From positions 64,001 through 128,000 of the forward strand of contig CAXXHG010000047.1 of the NCBI GenBank assembly GCA_963666315.2: a DNA stretch of 64,000 nucleotides. Direction: 5' to 3'. Positions 39,846 through 49,873 of this stretch are shown one piece after another. The notes beneath the pieces are model-generated. The model was not told the origin of the DNA. It worked only from the letters and a program-made list of their open reading frames with translations, and did no database searches. The DNA is from Candidatus Binatia bacterium. Its GTDB lineage: Bacteria > Desulfobacterota > Binatia > Bin18. A program made the position numbers and the translations under genes. Each line of letters opens with the position of its first letter. The stretch's first letter is position 1.

Positions 39846-41618
39846 ATGCGAAAATTCTTTGGACGGATGCTGATGCTCATTGGCGCGTGGGTCGTCGTTA
39901 TGGCCGTTGTCGGCACGATCTCCGCGCTGATGAGTCAAGAGAGTATCCCTGACAAAGTTGTTGTCGAGATCGACTTTGAACGCGAATTTGCCGAGTATAT
40001 CCCGGACGACCCACTGGCCAGTATCCTGATGGAACAAACCGCCTCGGTGCGGGATCTGGTTGAGGCACTCCAACAGGCGACGGACGACGACCGCGTGGTG
40101 GCTCTGGTTGCTCGGGCGGGCAATCCGCGCATGGGGTTGGCTGAGATCCAAGAGGTCCGGGATGCGGTGCTTGCCTTTCGTGAAAGTGGTAAGCCGGCCA
40201 TTGCGTATGCCGAGACCTTTGGTGAGTTTGGGCCAGGAAACGGTACCTATTATTTGGCTTCAGCCTTTGATGAGATCTATCTCCAACCCTCGGGTGATAT
40301 CGGCCTGACCGGGCTGATGGCGGAATCTTCGTTTGTGAGCGGGACGTTTGAGAAGCTGGGGATTACGCCACGCATGGATCACCGCTACGAGTACAAAAAT
40401 GCGCTGAATATGTTTACCGAGAAAAAATACACTCCGCCGCATCGTGAGGCCATCCTGCGCATTATCGAATCGCAGTTTGGACAAATCGTTCAGGGTATTG
40501 CTGACGGGCGCGGACTTGAGGTCGGGCACGTTCGCGCGCTTATTGATCGTGGGCCTTTTCTGGGACCACAGGCGCTGGCAGAGAAACTCGTTGACGGGCT
40601 CATGTACCGAGATGAAGTCTATGCCCGGGTCGAAGACACGGTTGGTGATGATGCTGAGCAACTCGGCCTGCTGACTTATCTGCGGCGCATGGGGCGACCG
40701 CATACTGAAGGCGATGCGATTGCTCTTATTTACGGCGTGGGCGGGGTCCAGCGCGGCAAAAGCGAATATAGTGCCGCCTTTAGCGGCCCCACCATGGGCG
40801 CGGATTCTGTTTCCGCAGCGTTCCGCGCGGCTGTTCAAGATGAAGCGGTCAAGGCGATTCTCTTTCGGGTGGATAGTCCGGGCGGCTCATACGTGGCCTC
40901 AGACACGATTTGGCGCGAGACCATTCGGGCCAAAGAGGCCGGGAAACCCGTCATTGTGTCTATGGGCAATGTGGCAGGCTCGGGCGGCTACTTCGTGGCT
41001 ATGGCTGCGGACAAGATTGTGGCCCACCCCGGAACGATTACTGGCTCCATCGGCGTGCTTGGCGGAAAAATGCTGACCGCTGAGCTTGCGGAGAAAATTG
41101 GCTTGACGTCGGATGAGGTCCATACTAGCACCAATGCCAACATGTGGTCGAGTTCGCTGGATTATACTCCGGAACAATGGCAGCGGATCACCGCGTGGCT
41201 AGATCGCGTATATGAAGATTTTACCGGCAAGGTTGCTGAGGGACGCGGTCTCAGTCAGGAACAGGTTCATGCCGTGGCGAGAGGACGGATTTGGACCGGT
41301 GAGGATGCCAAAGACATCGGGCTGGTTGATGAACTCGGCGGATTCCCCATGGCGTTGCAATTGGCCAAGGACGCGGCTGGGATTGCTGAAGATGCCGATG
41401 TCCATCTCAAACTCTTTCCTGCCTCAAAGACTCTGTTTGAGACTGTCCTGACAAGTCTGCAAGGCGGCGATGACGCGACGGCTCGGACAACCGCGACGGG
41501 AGTTGCCCTGCGTCAGGCCGTACGGGCGCTCCAACCTCTGGCGCAAATGGGACAACGCCTGGGATTATGGTCTGAGCTTGGGGTGCTCACCATGCCGGAG
41601 TGGGAGATGGTGCGCTAG
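39846..41618 (+). CDS. sppA: Signal peptide peptidase SppA (67K type)
   Basis: N-terminal TM; YYLASAFDEI, EYKNA, RVDSPGGS, SMGNVAGSGGY, TITGSIGV and GRIWTG motifs. Confidence 0.93.
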   Translation: MRKFFGRMLMLIGAWVVVMAVVGTISALMSQESIPDKVVVEIDFEREFAEYIPDDPLASILMEQTASVRDLVEALQQATDDDRVVALVARAGNPRMGLAEIQEVRDAVLAFRESGKPAIAYAETFGEFGPGNGTYYLASAFDEIYLQPSGDIGLTGLMAESSFVSGTFEKLGITPRMDHRYEYKNALNMFTEKKYTPPHREAILRIIESQFGQIVQGIADGRGLEVGHVRALIDRGPFLGPQALAEKLVDGLMYRDEVYARVEDTVGDDAEQLGLLTYLRRMGRPHTEGDAIALIYGVGGVQRGKSEYSAAFSGPTMGADSVSAAFRAAVQDEAVKAILFRVDSPGGSYVASDTIWRETIRAKEAGKPVIVSMGNVAGSGGYFVAMAADKIVAHPGTITGSIGVLGGKMLTAELAEKIGLTSDEVHTSTNANMWSSSLDYTPEQWQRITAWLDRVYEDFTGKVAEGRGLSQEQVHAVARGRIWTGEDAKDIGLVDELGGFPMALQLAKDAAGIAEDADVHLKLFPASKTLFETVLTSLQGGDDATARTTATGVALRQAVRALQPLAQMGQRLGLWSELGVLTMPEWEMVR

Positions 41619-41629
41619 GGAGAATCGGT

Positions 41630-41854
41630 TTACCAATCCTCTAAATCCGGATCCATATCTCCGGTCGTTGGACCGTGGAGGCGGACGACTCTGTGCTCAG
41701 GATCATTGCCGAGTGGGCTGACTGTCACTTCCGTAATGGGCAGATCCGCCCCAGTCTCCGCGACAAGATAGACCTCTATATCTCCCTGTTGATCGTAGAT
41801 CTCTTGGAGATTCTGCAGCAGCTGGGAAAGGGCTATGGATGTGAGCTGAGGCAT
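41630..41854 (-). CDS. Small acidic hypothetical protein (74 aa)
   Basis: Fills the gap downstream of the OsmC-like gene on the same strand; plausible alpha/beta pattern. Confidence 0.5.
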   Translation of the reverse strand: MPQLTSIALSQLLQNLQEIYDQQGDIEVYLVAETGADLPITEVTVSPLGNDPEHRVVRLHGPTTGDMDPDLEDW

Positions 41855-41921
41855 TCTTGTATCTTTCTTGCTTGACCGACGAGCAGGCGAGAATAGATCT
41901 GAAGAGCGGGTGCGCTCCGTG

Positions 41922-42386
41922 TTAGAGTGCCGCAGCCTCGGAAGACTCAGCAGGCGCCGCGTGTGTCGAAACCGGCGTCAGATTCATCAGGTTATCCGAT
42001 ACCGGACACCGGGATTCGATAGTTGTCAGCCAACGATCAAGCGTAGCCCGGTCAACATCGGCATCGACGTTGAGTGTGACCTCAATGCTTTTATAACCCG
42101 CCCGATCATCCGTCGGTTGGCCGAGTAATTTTGCCGGATTGAGTGGACCCGCTGCGTCGATCTTGAGGGACCGGATGGTGAAGCCCATTTCCTTTGCAAT
42201 AATATGGCCCATTACGTTGAGACAACCGGCGAGCCCGGCAAGGATATATTCAACGGGATTCGGACCTTCATCATCTCCACCCAGACTAGGGGGTTCATCA
42301 ACAATCAGCTCGAAGTCTCTCACCTGCACGGCAAGACGGGTCGGTGATTCAGACTGTCCTGAGACTGTGAATAGCGCATCCGACAT
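41922..42386 (-). CDS. OsmC/Ohr family protein
   Basis: GGGAGG RBS; VDEPPSLGGDDEGPNPVEYILAGLAGC...RCPVSDN with two Cys. Confidence 0.9.
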   Translation of the reverse strand: MSDALFTVSGQSESPTRLAVQVRDFELIVDEPPSLGGDDEGPNPVEYILAGLAGCLNVMGHIIAKEMGFTIRSLKIDAAGPLNPAKLLGQPTDDRAGYKSIEVTLNVDADVDRATLDRWLTTIESRCPVSDNLMNLTPVSTHAAPAESSEAAAL

Positions 42387-42589
42387 AGGCGTCCTCCCTG
42401 TATTGGCGCATACCCTGCCAATACCGTACAGGCCGCGGCATGAGCTTAGCAAGAGGTGGGGCTGGCGTTGATATTTTCCTGAGAGGCAGTCAGAAACTAC
42501 ATTTCCCCTGGGGGGCTCATAGCGACACAATCGGCATAATCGACACAAGGGGATCCTCTCAGCAAAGCTTGTACAAAGAGGGGAGACTA

Positions 42590-42618
42590 TTGACATTTAT
42601 TCAACCATATGGTTGAAT
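42590..42618 (+). promoter_or_regulatory. Promoter -35 followed by a perfect 20-bp palindromic operator
   Basis: TTGACA at 42590; ATTCAACCATATGGTTGAAT (42599-42618) is self-complementary. Confidence 0.75.
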
Positions 42619-42670
42619 TTTGAACTAAGACTTTGAACTAAGACTTTGAACTAAGACTTTGAACTAAGAC
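42619..42670 (+). repeat. Tandem repeat (TTTGAACTAAGAC) x4
   Basis: Four perfect 13-bp units between the operator and the AAGGAGG RBS. Confidence 0.95.
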
Positions 42671-42688
42671 AAAGTAAGGAGGTCCAGT

Positions 42689-43396
42689 ATGGAAAGCCAT
42701 GCCGTTGTATCGAGAGAAGAGTGGGGTGCTGCGCGTAAGGAATTTCTTGTCAAGGAAAAAGAATTTACCCGATCACGTGATCAATTAAGCCAGCAGCGGC
42801 GTGCGCTGCCATGGGTCAAGGTTGAGCAGGTCTACGCATTTGATGGAACGAATGGCCCGGAGTCCCTGGCCGATCTCTTTGAGGAGAAAAGCCAGCTGCT
42901 CCTATATCACTTCATGTTTGGCCCGGACTGGGAAGAGGGCTGTAAGAGCTGCTCGTTCTGGGCGGACAACTATAACGGTGTGAGCATCCATCTCGCGCAT
43001 CGTGACGTCTCGCTGGTTACTATTGCCAGAGCCCCGCTAGACAAGCTGACAGCCTATAAAAAACGTATGGGCTGGGACTTTAAATGGGTGTCGTCATTCG
43101 GCAACGATTTTAATCGGGATTATCATATTTCCTTCACTCCCGAGGAGATGGAGAAAGGAGATATATACTACAACTATCGGATAGGCAAGTTTCCGAGTGA
43201 AGACGCCCCTGGTATCAGCGTTTTTTATAAAGATGAGAAAGGCAATATTTTTCACACCTACTCGTGCTACTCACGTGGTTTGGACATGCTGAATGGGGCC
43301 TATCATTATCTGGATCTGGTGCCGAAGGGGCGTGATGAAGCGGGCTTAAGCTATTCCATGGAATGGCTGTATCGGCACGATCAGTACGCGGACTAG
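42689..43396 (+). CDS. DUF899 family thioredoxin-like protein
   Basis: RRALPWV, YHFMFGPDWEEGCKSCSFWAD, HTYSCYSRG and LDLVPKGRDE motifs. Confidence 0.93.
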   Translation: MESHAVVSREEWGAARKEFLVKEKEFTRSRDQLSQQRRALPWVKVEQVYAFDGTNGPESLADLFEEKSQLLLYHFMFGPDWEEGCKSCSFWADNYNGVSIHLAHRDVSLVTIARAPLDKLTAYKKRMGWDFKWVSSFGNDFNRDYHISFTPEEMEKGDIYYNYRIGKFPSEDAPGISVFYKDEKGNIFHTYSCYSRGLDMLNGAYHYLDLVPKGRDEAGLSYSMEWLYRHDQYAD

Positions 43397-43433
43397 TATT
43401 GGTTGGCCGAAGTTTCTCTCCGGTTCCGCTTGC

Positions 43434-43504
43434 TGTCATTCCTGCGCAGGCAGGAACCCATCCACCGGCGCTGGACTGGATTCCCAATCAAGTCGGGAAT
43501 GACA
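43434..43504. repeat. GTCATTCC..GGAATGAC inverted-repeat element
   Basis: TGTCATTCCTGCGCAGGCAGGAA...TGGATTCCC...GGGAATGACA. Confidence 0.7.
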
Positions 43505-43750
43505 GGGGAAGGTGGGAACGGCTGGCTGAGGGAGCTGTCTTTCGCATAACAGGCGAAGAACTTCCGCCGCAGTGTACTCGGACTAGGACCGGCCTCGCTC
43601 TGGGAGCAGCCTCTGGAGAGGGCGTCGTCCGCGGGAGCAGCCGGCTTGCCGAGTACTAATGCGGATTAAGACGACGTTGGCGCCACCTGGCATTTTGTAT
43701 TTTCCGTCCGTATGTTAGCGAACTGTTCGAAGAAACAGGAGGAAAATACT

Positions 43751-44629
43751 ATGTCCCAGCCAGATAGACCGTTCGCCGTCTCGCATGCCTTAGGTGTCTT
43801 GCGCGCGGCGTTTGTCGCTTTGACCGTGACTCTGTGGGCCGTAGGGCCGAGCCTCGCGTCCGATGTCGCCGACATGCATGTCGGCGACGTGCTGCACGAC
43901 ACGGCTGCCATCCAAAAATTCACCATCTGTTATGCACACGGAACGGACGCCATCGGCAGGGGCGATCTCGAAGCCGGGCAGGCGCTGTATCAGGCCTGCT
44001 TTACGAAAGACGCCACCATTGCGGCCGTCTTCCCTGACGGTCGGGGTGAGAAGAGAACCAGCCCAGAAGCGTGGGCGAACTTTGTGTTATCCGTGTTCAA
44101 AAATGCGGGATATACTGTTACGCAGCATCTTTTGGGTACGATAGATATTGAGGTCGCAGGTGAGACGGCAACCATGAATACCTATCTGCATGCGACCCAT
44201 GTGCTCCCGAACGGCAGCATCGATGTTGCGAACGGGACATATGTGGATGAGGTTGTGAAGACACCGGACGGCTGGCGCATCCGCAGCCGCACGCTCACAC
44301 TTATTACTTTTTTGAATCTTGCTCCGCCGAAACAATCAGATTCGACTGCAAGCGCCCAGCGAGCAAGGGCGGATAATCACCGGCCGCCCGAGAGCCAAAG
44401 AGATAAGATTTTCTTATCCTCGTTTCCATGTACTACCGCGCCTGCTCTTAAATTGTGTGTTACTCTGCCACCGTCCCCCTTCGACGGAGCTGAGCATGAA
44501 CGAGCGGGCATGCCCTATTTTAAGCTGGACGTGCCAATGCGCTCCGCGCTGTTGACAAACGCCGGGCGGAAGTGTCACATATTTTGCTATCATCAACAAA
44601 ATCATTCGCTAGACGTTTGCTTCGGATAA
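43751..44629 (+). CDS. Secreted NTF2/SnoaL-like protein; tail after about 44330 is probably read-through
   Basis: CAGGAGG RBS; signal-like helix; YAHGTD..., TQH..., GTYVDEVVKTPDGWRIRSRTL motifs. Confidence 0.75.
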   Translation: MSQPDRPFAVSHALGVLRAAFVALTVTLWAVGPSLASDVADMHVGDVLHDTAAIQKFTICYAHGTDAIGRGDLEAGQALYQACFTKDATIAAVFPDGRGEKRTSPEAWANFVLSVFKNAGYTVTQHLLGTIDIEVAGETATMNTYLHATHVLPNGSIDVANGTYVDEVVKTPDGWRIRSRTLTLITFLNLAPPKQSDSTASAQRARADNHRPPESQRDKIFLSSFPCTTAPALKLCVTLPPSPFDGAEHERAGMPYFKLDVPMRSALLTNAGRKCHIFCYHQQNHSLDVCFG

Positions 44630-44638
44630 GGAGGGGGA

Positions 44639-46348
44639 ATGCAGTACGATCTGATCATTAAAAACGGAACGGTCATTGACGGCTCTGGGTTGCCGCGTTT
44701 TCGGGCCGATGTGGGTGTGGTGGATGGCAAGATTGCCTCGATTGGCAGGATTCGTGCGGGGGCAAAAGAAACGATCGATGCTGAGGGCCATGTTGTCACC
44801 CCGGGGTTTATTGACGGCCACACGCATATGGATGCCCAAGTCTCTTGGGACCCGTTGGGGACCTGCTCCTGTTGGCATGGCATTACCAGCGTGGTGATGG
44901 GTAACTGCGGCTTTTCGCTCGCGCCATGTAAAGAGAGCGAAAAGGACATGGTCATGCGCAATCTGGAGCGAGCCGAAGATATTGCGCCTGAGGCGATGAA
45001 TGCCGGCATCAAGTGGACCTGGGAGACCTTCCCCGAATATTTGGATGCTGTTGAGCGGCTGCCTAAAGGCATCAATTACTCTGCCTATGTGGGTCACTCT
45101 GCGCTGCGCACCTATGTGATGGGTGAGCGGGCGTTTACGGATACGGCGACCGAAGATGATATAGACCGCATGCAGCATGTGGTGCGTGAAGCGATCCAGG
45201 CCGGCGCCATGGGCTTTACGACCTCACGCACGCGCAATCATCAGACACCTCAGAGACAACCCGTTGCCAGTCGCCTGGCGACCTGGGACGAAGTGCGGCA
45301 ACTTGTCGGCACCATGGGTGAGATGGGCGCAGGCATCTTTGAGATTGCCGGCGAAGACACCGGCCGTGATCCCCAGCGCGTCCGCGAATATATGGACCGT
45401 TTGAAAGCGCTTGCCGTTGATACCGGCGTGCCCGTGACTTACGGCATGTTCAGCATGCGGCGCGCGCCAGACTGCTGGCAGCCGTATTTAGACCTGGCTG
45501 ACGAGACGGCTGCGGCGGGCGGTCGGATGTTCCTCCAGGTGCATAGTCGTGCACTCAACCTGCTGCTGTCTTTTGAAACAGCGACCCCGTTCGACAGGCT
45601 GCCGGTGTGGCGCGATCTGAAAAAGCTGTCGCTGGCAGAAAAGGAAGCCGCACTGCGGAACCCGGAAATGCGCCGCGCATTGGTCGAGGCGGCTCACCAA
45701 CAAGCCGACGACGGAAACCGCGGAACGGGCCCTGAAGCCCGTTCCGCTGATTTCAAATGGTTGTTTCTGTTGGACCAGCCTAACCCGCCGCACCGCTCGA
45801 TTGAGGACATTGCCGCCGAGCGCAACCAAGACCCGGTGGAGACCTTTATTGATCTAGCACTGGAGAAAAACCTCAAGCAATTTTTCCTCCAACCGCTGGC
45901 CAATGAGAACCAGGATCATGTGTTGCAGATGGTCAAGCATCCGCGCTCGGTCGTCACGTTCTCCGACTCTGGAGCCCACGTGTCTCAGATCATGGACTCG
46001 TCTCTGCAAAGTCATCTGCTGAGCTATTGGGTGCGTGATAAGCAAGAAATCACACTCGAAGACGCGGTCCAGCAGCTGACCTTTGTGCCGGCCTCACATT
46101 GGGGCCTGAACGAGCGCGGGTTGCTGCGCCCAGGGATGGCTGCAGACATCGTGGTCTTCGACCCCGAGACGGTTGGTCCGATGATGCCCGAACTCACGTA
46201 TGACCTGCCGGCCGGTGCGCGGCGGCTCAAGCAAAAAGCGTCCGGCTTCTTGGCCTCTGTGGTGAATGGGGAAGTTGTGCTGCGTGAAAACGAGCATACC
46301 GGCGCCCTGCCTGGGCAGTTGTTGCGTGGTCCGTTGGCCCACCGATAA
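44639..46348 (+). CDS. N-acyl-D-amino-acid deacylase family amidohydrolase
   Basis: PGFIDGHTHMD, GITSVVMGNCG, SDSGAH and RGLLRPGMAADIVVFD motifs. Confidence 0.92.
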   Translation: MQYDLIIKNGTVIDGSGLPRFRADVGVVDGKIASIGRIRAGAKETIDAEGHVVTPGFIDGHTHMDAQVSWDPLGTCSCWHGITSVVMGNCGFSLAPCKESEKDMVMRNLERAEDIAPEAMNAGIKWTWETFPEYLDAVERLPKGINYSAYVGHSALRTYVMGERAFTDTATEDDIDRMQHVVREAIQAGAMGFTTSRTRNHQTPQRQPVASRLATWDEVRQLVGTMGEMGAGIFEIAGEDTGRDPQRVREYMDRLKALAVDTGVPVTYGMFSMRRAPDCWQPYLDLADETAAAGGRMFLQVHSRALNLLLSFETATPFDRLPVWRDLKKLSLAEKEAALRNPEMRRALVEAAHQQADDGNRGTGPEARSADFKWLFLLDQPNPPHRSIEDIAAERNQDPVETFIDLALEKNLKQFFLQPLANENQDHVLQMVKHPRSVVTFSDSGAHVSQIMDSSLQSHLLSYWVRDKQEITLEDAVQQLTFVPASHWGLNERGLLRPGMAADIVVFDPETVGPMMPELTYDLPAGARRLKQKASGFLASVVNGEVVLRENEHTGALPGQLLRGPLAHR

Positions 46349-46362
46349 GAACCTGTCTATTG

Positions 46363-46393
46363 GGTCAGATATGGGAATCTCCCGTATCTGACC
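46363..46393 (+). terminator. Stem-loop after the deacylase gene
   Basis: GGTCAGATATGGGA / TCCCGTATCTGACC inverted repeat with a weak pyrimidine tail. Confidence 0.45.
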
Positions 46394-46574
46394 TGTCTTC
46401 CCGTCGTCCCATCTTTTGATCCCCGTCGGCAATTCCCACCGCCGTATCAAACGCGTCCGACTAAAACGGAAAGACCCTTGCTTGTGTCCCTTGTCAGCAG
46501 GAAAGGAAACAGAGTAAAGGAGAGAAGGTTTTAGTCCACGAAACCATATAGGAAATCCAGTGACAGGAGGGAGT

Positions 46575-47941
46575 ATGGCCCAAACGACACTTTTTAAAAA
46601 TGCACGCCTCATCGATGGCCTGGCCGATCACCCCGCGAAGGAGTTTCCCTCCTAGTCGATGGTGAACGGATTACACAGGTTGAAGACGGCGATCTGCCTA
46701 CACCGGCAGGTGCGCAAGTCGTCGATCTCGGGGGAAAGACGGTGCTACCGGGTTTGATCGACACCCATGTGCATGCCACCTTTATGGACAGCGAATGTCT
46801 GCCGCTGTTTCTGGCCGCTGGTGTGACCAGCGCGCGCGATGTGGGCGGCAAGTTAGAGAAGGTCAAACAGCTCAAAGCTGAGCTGAACAGTGGCCAGAAG
46901 CTGGGCCCTCGGCTGTGGATCCTTGGTCCGTTGCTTGATGGCTCAGAGAGCAGCTTCGACTACAGTGGCCCTTTGGGCGAGATGCTCGACAGCGTGCCTT
47001 CCCCTGAAGCCGTACCCCAAAAGATTGGCGATCTACTCAAGGAAGGCGTAGACGGGATCAAGTTATACTTCACTATGCCGCCAGAAACGGCCAAGGCCAT
47101 TATCCGCTTTGTGGACAAACGTGTGCTCGTCACCGGCCACCTGGGCTATACTCATTCACTTGATGTGATTAACGCTGGAATCGACGGTCTGGAGCATATA
47201 TGGATCTCTCCGTATAATGAATTTTGCGCGCTGGAGCGGCAATTTGGTTCTGGGGCTTCCATGATGAATCCTCATTTCTGGACCCAGATCACCCAAGGCT
47301 GGGAAGACGCGGACCTCGAAGGAGAAGGTGCTAAGACGTGGTTTGGCGCCATGGTCGAGAAACAAGTCAATCTGGGCACCACCCTGGATCTGCTGTGGCT
47401 GGCGAAATTTGGAGTCGAAGCCGCTCTGGAAGACCCCGACCGCCAGTATATTCCGCCGATGGCCTTAGCCCGGCAGAGGGCGATGATTGCGCATATGGGC
47501 GAGCGGCCGGACTGGGATATATACCCTGGCTTTTTCGATCCGGCCCAAGGCGTACGGGCGCTCGAAAAACATCAAGAATCGACCCGCATTTTACATGAAG
47601 CCGGTGGTTTGGTCGTGGGCGGGACGGACTGTGGTGGGCTGTCCTATCCGCCGCCTGGATTTGCCCTTCTGCATGAGATTGAGCTGCTGGCTGAAGCGAT
47701 TGGTGCGATGGCTGCGTTCAAGGCGGTCACCTCTGTTGCCGCGCGCTACCTGCGACAGCAAGATGATATCGGGAGTATTGCGCCCGGCCGGTATGCGGAC
47801 TTTTTGGTTGTTGATGGGGACCCGCTGCGTGACGTGCGTGAAATTCGTAATCTCACGACTGTCTACCGGGGTGGGGTAGCACATGAGCCCCACACGCTCT
47901 TGGCTCAAGTACCCAAGTCCGACCTTGTACCGTCCCATTGA
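46575..47941 (+). pseudogene. Amidohydrolase family gene with one frameshift near its 5' end
   Basis: AGGAGG RBS and ATG at 46575 (MAQTTLFKNARLIDG). One base missing in the C-run at about 46631-46634; adding it restores EGVSLLVDGERI...LPGLIDTHVH. GTD and GRYADFLVVDGDPL motifs. Confidence 0.8.
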
Positions 47942-48080
47942 GAAGGAGTCTTGTAAGAGTCGAGGGAGAGTCTCAGCCACGGCCTATCGGGACAGAGGCG
48001 GGCATCTCGCGCATCTGCCCCTGCGTAGGCAGCCAGCGTAGGCAGGCGCCCCAGCGTATACCGGGGGCTGTCCTTACAAG

Positions 48081-48782
48081 TTATTCTACAAGCGCCGGTT
48101 GCCCCTGAGTAGCGTAAATTTGGGGGTCCAAGCCGACTTTTTCCCCGGCGATCTGCCCTGCCACATAGCCGTTAGAGTCGACTTTGAGAGAGCGTGTCGT
48201 CCCCGCCTGTTTACGGATAGAGGTCCCTTGGTCAGCAAGGAAGGTGTACACCTCGTCACGGTAGGTTTCCCGCACGGCGGGCAGAGTGGTCTCGTGTTGC
48301 GCTGGTTGCCTGGCAGTAATGAGTTCCTGAATCTTGTCGTTAATGGACTGGGCACAGCCATACGCAAAGGAATCCAAGTATCGCCGTCCTTTGCCGTAGT
48401 GAGCCTTGCGCAAGCGCTGGACCGTCTCAATGAGATATGCCAGCATCTCTTTGGCCACTATCACATTGTGTGACCGGCCGATGATAAACGATCGGCCCAC
48501 AGACAGCGTGGAACAACAAAAATAGAGCTTACACGTGCCAAACCACAAAAGACGTTCCCACGGTAACAGTCGGCCCGTTTTCCAGCCTTCGACGCGCATT
48601 GCCTGGTCGGACTCTACATTTTGCGCCTCTACCTCGGTTAAGGAGAGGTTGTAGTCAGCTAAGAGCTGATGCACCTTAGCCGCAGCCAGGGCGGCCTCGT
48701 GCTCGGTTGCAGCCTCGTCGCGGCTGAGGGTCAATAATTTTTGGATCTTAGGAATAATGGGAATAACAGGAATTTGGTCCAT
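48081..48782 (-). CDS. DUF2786 domain protein
   Basis: N-terminus IPKIQKLLTLS...ATEHEAALAAAKVHQLLADYNL; SFAYG and GYVAGQIAG motifs. Confidence 0.82.
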   Translation of the reverse strand: MDQIPVIPIIPKIQKLLTLSRDEAATEHEAALAAAKVHQLLADYNLSLTEVEAQNVESDQAMRVEGWKTGRLLPWERLLWFGTCKLYFCCSTLSVGRSFIIGRSHNVIVAKEMLAYLIETVQRLRKAHYGKGRRYLDSFAYGCAQSINDKIQELITARQPAQHETTLPAVRETYRDEVYTFLADQGTSIRKQAGTTRSLKVDSNGYVAGQIAGEKVGLDPQIYATQGQPALVE

Positions 48783-48863
48783 AGGCAGATTTCTTGCTCC
48801 CACTCTATGTGACTCTCTGCGAACTGACTAGCCCTATCGTATTTTCCTCTCTCTTATGTGATT

Positions 48864-49682
48864 TCAGACACCCAGCTCACCTATCCCCCAGCGAATGCCG
48901 CGCCTCAGCAGCTCGTAATAGACGGGCACATCCCACGAGCAGCGCTCTACGGAACACACGGGCATGAACGGCTGCATGTCGTATTTGCCGCGACAGTGTC
49001 CGAGCGTCAGATACAGGACCTCGCCCGCAGCATAGGGGTGCAGATAGAGCTGTGGCCGGGGTGCATCCTGCCCTAAGTCTTCCCCCAAGTCCTCGCGCAC
49101 ATAGCCCTCGGATTTGGCTGTATAGCGCGACTCCAGCAGGGTATGGATTTTGCCGTAAAATTCGCAGTAATAAGGCTCATCAATAACGTCGAACGGCTCG
49201 ACGCCCTGCACCAAGGGATGGGCTGGATCAGAGACCGTAACGTGTATGGGTTGAATTGGCGGGTGGGACACAAAGTGATTGCCTAGCATGTCCGAGAATG
49301 CCGGTGCTTTCTTGGGCGTATCGACCTTGCCTGGAATAACAATGCCGTCGGTCTCCAGACTTTCTCCGACAAACTCCAACAACGCGCTCGTTCCGTGTAG
49401 GGCAAACCAGCGCTTGCCGCTGGTGAGGAACTGTTTGAGCCCCTCCTGTTGATCGGGAGTTGGGCACACATCGCAGGTGTAGGTGATGAGGAGCTTGGAC
49501 TGGTTGATGGCTTCAATAGCCTGGTAGTCTTCTGCCACGCGGACAACAACATCCTCGTGTTCGGCCAAGAGCTTGAGCAATTCGAGCCGTACAAAATTGG
49601 TGTCGTGATATTTGGCGTTGCAAATCAGATACACGTCAATCCGATTATTTTCGCGAGTATTTTCGCCATTATGCTCTGCCAT
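48864..49682 (-). CDS. ThuA-like domain protein
   Basis: WFALHG, FVSHPP, HPLVQGVEPFDVIDEPY, YLTLGH and LLRRGIRW motifs. Confidence 0.85.
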   Translation of the reverse strand: MAEHNGENTRENNRIDVYLICNAKYHDTNFVRLELLKLLAEHEDVVVRVAEDYQAIEAINQSKLLITYTCDVCPTPDQQEGLKQFLTSGKRWFALHGTSALLEFVGESLETDGIVIPGKVDTPKKAPAFSDMLGNHFVSHPPIQPIHVTVSDPAHPLVQGVEPFDVIDEPYYCEFYGKIHTLLESRYTAKSEGYVREDLGEDLGQDAPRPQLYLHPYAAGEVLYLTLGHCRGKYDMQPFMPVCSVERCSWDVPVYYELLRRGIRWGIGELGV

Positions 49683-49873
49683 GGTTTCTCCCCCTTATGT
49701 GGCTAGTGCAGCCTCAGTCTCATTATCCAGTCCGCAGCACAGAAAGATATACCTATTGCCTGCCCCATTGCCTGCATACAGGAAATGGACAGCTCTCATA
49801 CGTCTTTGCAGCACGGCGTAGGAGTGCTATGCCGTAATCATCAAAAAGCATTCTCCATACAAGGAGGGGAAAC

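Noticed and set aside
42619-42670. Possible CRISPR array
   Set aside because: Contiguous 13-bp units with no spacers and no cas genes.
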